32,642 nt of DNA from IMG/VR virus record IMGVR_UViG_2778261268_000005; one strand, given 5' to 3'. Source of the DNA: a virus (lineage: Duplodnaviria > Heunggongvirae > Uroviricota > Caudoviricetes). Below, piece after piece: positions 26,474 through 32,642 of the stretch. How positions within the stretch are numbered: the stretch's first letter is position 1; the number at the start of each line of letters is the position of its first letter. A model generated the notes under the pieces. It saw only the letters and a program-made list of their open reading frames with translations. It was not told where the DNA came from and searched no databases. A program made the position numbers and the translations under genes.

Positions 26474-29400
26474 ATGAGCACAAAACCACTCTTCCTGTTA
26501 CGGAAAGCGAAAAAATCATCCGGTGAACCTGACGTCGTCCTGTGGGCAAGCGACGATTTTGAATCGACCTGTGCCACTCTGGACTACCTGATCGTTAAGT
26601 CAGGTAAAAAACTGAGCAGCTATTTTAAAGCTGTTGCCACGAATTTTCCTGTCGTTAATGACCTGCCCGCTGAAGGTGAGATCGATTTTACCTGGAGTGA
26701 ACGCTATCAACTCAGCAAAGACTCCATGACATGGGAACTAAAACCGGGAGCAGCACCAGACAACGCTCACTATCAAGGCAATACCAACGTCAACGGCGAA
26801 GACATGACTGAGATTGAGGAGAATATGCTACTCCCAATTTCTGGCCAGGAACTGCCCATTCGTTGGCTTGCTCAACACGGCAGCGAAAAACCGGTAACGC
26901 ACGTTTCACGCGACGGACTCCAGGCATTACACATTGCTCGGGCTGAAGAACTACCGGCTGTTACTGCCCTGGCTGTTTCCCACAAAACCAGCCTGCTCGA
27001 CCCGCTGGAAATTCGCGATCTCCACAAACTGGTTCGTGACACTGACAAAGTTTTCCCTAATCCTGGTAATTCAAACCTGGGACTGATAACTGCTTTTTTC
27101 GAAGCATACCTGAACGCTGACTACACCGATCGAGGACTGCTGACAAAAGAGTGGATGAAGGGTAATCGTGTTTCACACATCACTCGCACGGCTTCCGGTG
27201 CTAATGCTGGCGGCGGAAACCTCACCGATCGCGGCGAAGGTTTCGTACACGATCTGACGTCACTGGCGCGCGACGTAGCCACTGGCGTACTGGCCCGTTC
27301 AATGGATCTGGACATCTATAACCTTCATCCGGCACACGCTAAACGCATTGAGGAAATTATCGCTGAAAATAAACCGCCCTTTTCTGTTTTCCGCGACAAA
27401 TTCATCACCATGCCTGGCGGGCTGGATTATTCCCGCGCCATCGTGGTTGCGTCCGTAAAAGAAGCACCAATTGGGATCGAGGTCATCCCCGCGCACGTCA
27501 CTGAATATCTGAACAAAGTACTGACTGAAACCGATCATGCCAACCCTGATCCGGAAATCGTGGATATTGCCTGCGGTCGCTCCTCTGCCCCGATGCCGCA
27601 GCGAGTAACAGAAGAAGGAAAACAGGATGATGAAGAAAAACCGCAACCATCTGGAACAACGGCAGTTGAACAGGGAGAGGCTGAAACAATGGAACCGGAC
27701 GCAACTGAACATCATCAGGACACGCAGCCGCTGGATGCTCAGTCACAGGTAAATTCTGTTGATGCGAAATATCAGGAACTGCGGGCAGAACTCCATGAAG
27801 CCCGGAAAAACATTCCATCAAAAAATCCTGTCGATGCCGATAAATTGCTTGCTGCATCACGTGGTGAATTTGTTGACGGAATTAGCGACCCGAACGATCC
27901 GAAATGGGTTAAGGGGATCCAGACTCGCGATTCTGTGTACCAGAACCAGCCAGAAACGGAAAAAACCAGCCCGGATGTGAAACAACCTGAGGCAGTAGTG
28001 CAACAGGAACCGGAAATAGTCTGCAATGCCTGCGGTCAGACTGGCGGAGATAACTGCCCTGACTGTGGGGCGGTGACGGGCGACGCAACATACCAGGAAA
28101 CATTCGATGAAGAGAATCAGGTTGAAGCTAAGGAAAAAGATCCGGTGGAAATGGAAGGCGCTGAACATCCGCACAATGAGAATGCTGGCAGCGATCCGCA
28201 TCGTGATTGCAGTGATGAAACTGGTGAAGCGTCAGCTCCTGTAGCAACTGAAATCATGTGGCCGTCATATTTCGAGCCTGGCCGCTATGAAAACCTCCCG
28301 AACGAGGTTTATCACTCCGCCAACGGAATAAGCAGCACGATGCTGAAGGATGCCCGTATCAGCCTGATGTATTACCACGGGCGGCACATTGCCGGAACTA
28401 TTCCGAACGAGGAAAGTGATGCACTGCTGCGTGGGCGGATCATTCACAGCTATGTTCTGGAAACGGATAAATTCGCTGATGAATATGCCATTCCGGTACC
28501 GGTTCCTGAATATGTGGTTACTACTTCTAACGAACTGATCGCCATCATTAAAAAACACAATGCCAGTCTGCCAGCACTGATGACACCAGAGCAGATGAAA
28601 GAGTGGATCGAAAGCTACAACAGCACTCTTATACAGCCACTGTCTGTAAGTGCTGGGGCCGAAGAAACAGGCATCCTTTACGGTTCGCTTCCGGTGGAAT
28701 TTCGGCGTATTCCTGAGGGGGAAAAACATACAGCATCAGCAATGAAAGCCTGTATTAAAGAATACAACGCAAGCCTCCCTCCTCTGTTGAAAACCAGTGG
28801 AGCACGGGAGCAGCTTCTGGATCAAATTGAAACTGTAGACCCAGAACTGGCAAAAAAAGAACGTGCTAAATCTTTGCCTTACAACATCAGTGGCACAAAA
28901 GAGCAATTAACCGAAATCGCACGGAAAATTCGCCCGGAACTGGTGACACTGGAGGACTGGCAAAAACGCCAGCAAGAAGAAAACGCCGGGAAAACGTTTA
29001 TCAGTCCGGATATGTATGAACAGGCAAAAAATATTCACGCTGCAATGCAAAACAATACTGATGCAGCAAGGCTACTCAACCACCCGGATCGCAAATCTGA
29101 AATCAGCTATTTCGGGTTTGATGAAGAAACCGGGCTGGAAATCAGGGTCCGTCCTGATATCGAAATCCGGCTGCCATACGAAAGCATTTGCGCTGACGTG
29201 AAGTCAGTCAGCCTCGGTTATGTGCGGCAGGAACGACTTAAAGATCGCCTGCACCGTGAAATTATTGAGCGTGATTATCACCTCAGCGCCGCAATGTATT
29301 GCGATGTGGCAAACCTGGACAAATTTTTCTGGATCTTCGTCAACAAAGATGCTGGCTATCACTGGGTGGCTGTCGTGGAAGCCTCGCAGGAACTCCTGGA

Positions 29401-29548
29401 ACTTGGTCGACAGGAATATCGCCGGACGCTACGCCAGATAAACGAAGCCCTAGAGACAAACAACTGGCCAGCACCGATTACCGAAAGTTATACCGACGAA
29501 TTAAACGACTTTGATCTTCGTCGTCTTGAAGCACTGCATCTGGCTTAA
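26474..29548 (+). CDS. recE: exodeoxyribonuclease VIII, RecE (1024 aa)
   Basis: N-terminus [26 protein letters not shown]... matches RecE as recalled; C-terminal PD-(D/E)xK-like nuclease region (RPDIEIR...ADVKSV). Confidence 0.85.
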   Translation: MSTKPLFLLRKAKKSSGEPDVVLWASDDFESTCATLDYLIVKSGKKLSSYFKAVATNFPVVNDLPAEGEIDFTWSERYQLSKDSMTWELKPGAAPDNAHYQGNTNVNGEDMTEIEENMLLPISGQELPIRWLAQHGSEKPVTHVSRDGLQALHIARAEELPAVTALAVSHKTSLLDPLEIRDLHKLVRDTDKVFPNPGNSNLGLITAFFEAYLNADYTDRGLLTKEWMKGNRVSHITRTASGANAGGGNLTDRGEGFVHDLTSLARDVATGVLARSMDLDIYNLHPAHAKRIEEIIAENKPPFSVFRDKFITMPGGLDYSRAIVVASVKEAPIGIEVIPAHVTEYLNKVLTETDHANPDPEIVDIACGRSSAPMPQRVTEEGKQDDEEKPQPSGTTAVEQGEAETMEPDATEHHQDTQPLDAQSQVNSVDAKYQELRAELHEARKNIPSKNPVDADKLLAASRGEFVDGISDPNDPKWVKGIQTRDSVYQNQPETEKTSPDVKQPEAVVQQEPEIVCNACGQTGGDNCPDCGAVTGDATYQETFDEENQVEAKEKDPVEMEGAEHPHNENAGSDPHRDCSDETGEASAPVATEIMWPSYFEPGRYENLPNEVYHSANGISSTMLKDARISLMYYHGRHIAGTIPNEESDALLRGRIIHSYVLETDKFADEYAIPVPVPEYVVTTSNELIAIIKKHNASLPALMTPEQMKEWIESYNSTLIQPLSVSAGAEETGILYGSLPVEFRRIPEGEKHTASAMKACIKEYNASLPPLLKTSGAREQLLDQIETVDPELAKKERAKSLPYNISGTKEQLTEIARKIRPELVTLEDWQKRQQEENAGKTFISPDMYEQAKNIHAAMQNNTDAARLLNHPDRKSEISYFGFDEETGLEIRVRPDIEIRLPYESICADVKSVSLGYVRQERLKDRLHREIIERDYHLSAAMYCDVANLDKFFWIFVNKDAGYHWVAVVEASQELLELGRQEYRRTLRQINEALETNNWPAPITESYTDELNDFDLRRLEALHLA

Positions 29549-29562
29549 TGGAGAACCTGACC

Positions 29563-30651
29563 ATGCAAAATACCAATATCATCACGACAGAGCAGACACC
29601 AAATACCATTTCTGCCAGTAACACTATTTTTAACGTTCAGGCGTTGACGCAACTTCAGGCAGTAGCCGGGTTGATGTCACAGGCCACCGTCACAGTTCCC
29701 GATCACCTTCGCGGAAATCCTGCCGACTGCATGGCAATCATCATGCAAGCCATGCAATGGGGCATGAACCCCTACGCTGTGGCTCAGAAAACACACCTGG
29801 TAAACGGAGTTCTGGGTTATGAAGCACAACTGGTTAACGCTGTGATCTCTAGCTCAAGTGCAATTGTAGGCCGCTTCCATTACAAGTACGAGGGAGACTG
29901 GGAGAAATGCTCTCGCACCCGAGTGGAGACCGTTAAGAAAACGGCCAAAGGAGGCGGAATCTATGAGAAAAAAGAAACGATCCCATGTTGGACCAGTGAA
30001 GATGAGTATGGTCTCTCAGTTCGAGTTGGTGCAGTTCTTCGCGGTGAAAGTGAGATTACCTGGGGAGAACCGGTGTTTCTTTCCAGCGTGATTACGCGTA
30101 ATTCTCCTTTATGGACCTCAAACCCGAAACAACAGCTCGCCTATCTGGCGTTGAAATACTGGGCTCGCCTTTATTGTCCTGACGTCATCCTGGGCGTGTA
30201 TACCCCGGACGAACTGGAAGAGCCACAGGAAAAAATCATCAATCCTGTGCCGGTACAGAATTATAGCGAGGTAAGCGAGCAGCGAACAGAAACCATCGAA
30301 CAGCGTATTGACGAAGCGTGGATTGATGAATTCCGGCAGCGTGTCGAAAGCGCGGCCACGACTGAGGAAACCACTGCATTACGCCAAGAGATAGAGGATC
30401 AGAAAAACCAGATCGGCGAATTCTTTGCCGAGCTTAAAGGAAAAGTGGTTCGGCGTCATCACCGTCTCAATGCTATTGCCAGTATCGAGAAGATGATAAA
30501 TGACCTTCCTTCATCAGGTGATCCAGAAGCAGAACAAAAATTTACTGCTCTGGAAAATACGCTGAATGCTGCCCGGCCACATCTGGGTGAATTATATGAG
30601 GCGTATAAAACGACACTGACAGATATGAAACCAGAATATATCGGCTCCTGA
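29563..30651 (+). CDS. single-strand annealing protein, Redbeta/RecT superfamily (362 aa from ATG 29563; an earlier ATG at 29548 overlaps the recE stop)
   Basis: Motifs QWGMNPY and PKQQLAYLALKYWARLY resemble lambda Bet (QYGLNPW, PKRMLRHKAMIQCARLA) as recalled; occupies the recT slot. Confidence 0.6.
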   Translation: MQNTNIITTEQTPNTISASNTIFNVQALTQLQAVAGLMSQATVTVPDHLRGNPADCMAIIMQAMQWGMNPYAVAQKTHLVNGVLGYEAQLVNAVISSSSAIVGRFHYKYEGDWEKCSRTRVETVKKTAKGGGIYEKKETIPCWTSEDEYGLSVRVGAVLRGESEITWGEPVFLSSVITRNSPLWTSNPKQQLAYLALKYWARLYCPDVILGVYTPDELEEPQEKIINPVPVQNYSEVSEQRTETIEQRIDEAWIDEFRQRVESAATTEETTALRQEIEDQKNQIGEFFAELKGKVVRRHHRLNAIASIEKMINDLPSSGDPEAEQKFTALENTLNAARPHLGELYEAYKTTLTDMKPEYIGS

Positions 30652-30714
30652 TATTGACTTTGGCGGTGTAGCCTCACCGCCATCACAAAATTTTATTATA
30701 TGAGAGAAAAAACA

Positions 30715-30909
30715 ATGCGGTATGAAAAAGTCAAACCATGCCCTTTTTGTGGTTGTCCATCAGTAACGGTGAAAGCCATTTCAGGATATTACCGCGCGAA
30801 GTGTAACGGATGCGAATCCCGAACCGGCTATGGTGGAAGTGAAAAAGAAGCACTCGAACGATGGAATAAACGAACCACTGGAAATAATAATGGAGGTGTT
30901 CATGTATAA
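30715..30909 (+). CDS. ralR: restriction alleviation protein RalR/Lar (64 aa)
   Basis: Translation MRYEKVKPCPFCGCPSVTVKAISGYYRAKCNGCESRTGYGG... matches RalR as recalled. Confidence 0.8.
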   Translation: MRYEKVKPCPFCGCPSVTVKAISGYYRAKCNGCESRTGYGGSEKEALERWNKRTTGNNNGGVHV

Positions 30910-31090
30910 AATTACCGCCACTATTGAAAAGGAAGGTGGCACTCCTACTAACTGGACAAGGTACTCAAAAACAAAGTTAACCAAATCGGAATGCGAAAAA
31001 ATGCTCTCAGGGAAAAAAGAAGCAGGCGTTTCCAGAGAGCAGAAAGTAAAACTGATAAATTTTAATTGCGAGAAACTTCAGTCCTCGTGA
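30902..31090 (+). CDS. YdaC-like small protein (62 aa)
   Basis: GGAGGTG Shine-Dalgarno; overlaps the ralR stop; position between ralR and xis. Confidence 0.5.
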   Translation: MYKITATIEKEGGTPTNWTRYSKTKLTKSECEKMLSGKKEAGVSREQKVKLINFNCEKLQSS

Positions 31091-31189
31091 ATTGCATTGT
31101 ATTCAAATTAAAACTTCATAGCTGATTATTAATAATCAACATCGGGCGTCAATTTCAGTCTAACATTGGCGCCTGCCAGAGGTGATGCG

Positions 31190-31405
31190 ATGGCACAAGT
31201 GATCTTTAATGAAGAGTGGATGGTTGAATACGGTCTGATGCTTCGTACTGGTCTGGGGGCCAGACAAATTGAAGCATACCGCCAGAACTGTTGGGTGGAA
31301 GGCTTCCACTTCAAACGAGTATCTCCTTTAGGTAAGCCAGACAGCAAGCGAGGGATTATCTGGTACAACTATCCGAAGATAAATCAGTTTATCAAAGACT
31401 CATGA
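31190..31405 (+). CDS. excisionase-like protein (71 aa from ATG 31190; track start 31166 is TTG)
   Basis: GAGGTGA Shine-Dalgarno; stop 1 nt before the integrase start; xis position. Confidence 0.55.
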   Translation: MAQVIFNEEWMVEYGLMLRTGLGARQIEAYRQNCWVEGFHFKRVSPLGKPDSKRGIIWYNYPKINQFIKDS

Positions 31406-31406
31406 T

Positions 31407-32642
31407 ATGTCTAAATTACCAACAGGTGTCGAGATTCGGGGAAAATACATTCGCATCTGGTTCATGTTTCGAGGAAAACGATGTCGGGAAACATTGAAAG
31501 GCTGGGAGGTTACTAACAGTAATATTAAAAAGGCCGGGAATTTAAGAGCGTTGATAGTTCACGAAATCAATTCCGGCGAATTCGAGTATTTAAGACGTTT
31601 TCCCCAGTCCAGCACTGGGGCAAAAATGGTGACAACGAAGGTCATAAAAACATTCGGGGAGCTTTGTGATATCTGGACAAAAATTAAAGAGACAGAGTTA
31701 ACAACAAACACAATGAAGAAAACGAAATCACAATTAAAAACACTCAGGATAATAATTTGTGAGAGTACCCCAATATCACATATTCGTTATAGCGATATCT
31801 TAAACTACCGGAATGAACTGCTGCATGGAGAAACGCTTTACCTGGATAATCCAAGATCCAACAAAAAAGGAAGAACCGTGCGCACAGTTGATAACTATAT
31901 CGCCCTGCTCTGTTCATTGTTACGTTTTGCGTATCAGTCGGGATTTATATCAACCAAACCATTTGAAGGAGTAAAAAAATTACAGCGAAACAGAATAAAG
32001 CCTGATCCGTTATCTAAAACAGAATTCAATGCATTAATGGAAAGTGAAAAAGGACAGAGCCAGAACTTGTGGAAATTTGCCGTTTACTCCGGGCTTCGTC
32101 ACGGGGAACTGGCTGCTCTGGCATGGGAGGATGTGGATTTCGAGAAGGGAATTGTGAATGTCAGAAGAAACCTGACGATACTTGATATGTTCGGTCCCCC
32201 AAAAACAAATGCCGGGATCCGGACGGTAACATTACTGCAGCCGGCTCTTGAAGCACTGAAGGAGCAATACAAACTGACCGGGCATCATCGCAAAAGTGAA
32301 ATCACTTTTTATCATCGGGAGTACGGCAGAACTGAAAAGCAAAAACTGCATTTTGTTTTCATGCCCAGGGTGTGTAACGGAAAACAGAAACCTTATTACT
32401 CGGTAAGCAGTTTGGGAGCGAGATGGAATGCAGCTGTAAAACGTGCTGGTATTCGCCGCCGTAATCCGTACCATACGCGACATACTTTTGCCTGCTGGCT
32501 GTTGACGGCAGGAGCGAACCCGGCATTTATAGCCAGCCAGATGGGGCATGAAACTGCGCAGATGGTGTATGAAATTTACGGTATGTGGATTGATGACATG
32601 AACGACGAACAGGTAGCTATGTTGAATGCGCGGTTACCGTAG
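31407..32642 (+). CDS. intR: tyrosine-type phage integrase (411 aa), Rac IntR-like
   Basis: Terminal gene of the early-left operon; C-terminal catalytic-domain motifs (R...HTxRHT...Y); size and N-terminus consistent with Rac integrase as recalled. Confidence 0.8.
   Translation: MSKLPTGVEIRGKYIRIWFMFRGKRCRETLKGWEVTNSNIKKAGNLRALIVHEINSGEFEYLRRFPQSSTGAKMVTTKVIKTFGELCDIWTKIKETELTTNTMKKTKSQLKTLRIIICESTPISHIRYSDILNYRNELLHGETLYLDNPRSNKKGRTVRTVDNYIALLCSLLRFAYQSGFISTKPFEGVKKLQRNRIKPDPLSKTEFNALMESEKGQSQNLWKFAVYSGLRHGELAALAWEDVDFEKGIVNVRRNLTILDMFGPPKTNAGIRTVTLLQPALEALKEQYKLTGHHRKSEITFYHREYGRTEKQKLHFVFMPRVCNGKQKPYYSVSSLGARWNAAVKRAGIRRRNPYHTRHTFACWLLTAGANPAFIASQMGHETAQMVYEIYGMWIDDMNDEQVAMLNARLP

Noticed and set aside
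27121-28729. Several antisense and out-of-frame ORFs inside recE
   Set aside because: They lie within a well-supported 1024 aa gene and are low-complexity translations of its complement; spurious.

Overview
This 32.6 kb window is a Rac-type lambdoid prophage segment from an Enterobacteriaceae (E. coli-like) genome, read entirely from sequence without database searches. Family names are assigned from recalled protein sequences, motifs and gene order, so all are provisional. Right to left on the minus strand it carries a contractile-tail morphogenesis module (1-13.5 kb: baseplate, tape measure, chaperone pair with a -1 frameshift site, tube, sheath, head-tail proteins, major capsid, scaffold/protease), then a low-coding AT-rich junction (13.6-16.8 kb) with phage tRNA genes (Gly-UCC-like, a degenerate tRNA-like copy, Arg-UCU, Ile2/Met-CAU), duplicated tandem terminators and one membrane-protein cargo gene, then antiterminator Q, nin-like genes (DUF1364/YbcO-like, DUF1367-like), a hokD-like type I toxin, a DUF551 protein, a coupled four-gene cassette of unknown function, and DnaC-like and YdaU-like replication genes. 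The immunity region is YdaT-like, YdaS/Cro-like (minus) and a RacR-like repressor (plus), followed on the plus strand by an early-left operon (ydaF/ydaG-like, kilR, ydaE, racC, recE, a Redbeta-type annealing protein in place of recT, ralR, ydaC-like, xis, integrase). No terminase, portal, lysis genes, stx genes or CRISPR array were found in the window. The best candidates for an undescribed function are the membrane-protein cargo gene downstream of Q, the four-gene cassette at 20.0-21.8 kb, and the small-protein/DUF1367/DUF1364 cassette upstream of Q. Note that the supplied ORF track renders GTG/TTG starts as M; several starts were moved to an internal ATG with a better Shine-Dalgarno or stop-start coupling.
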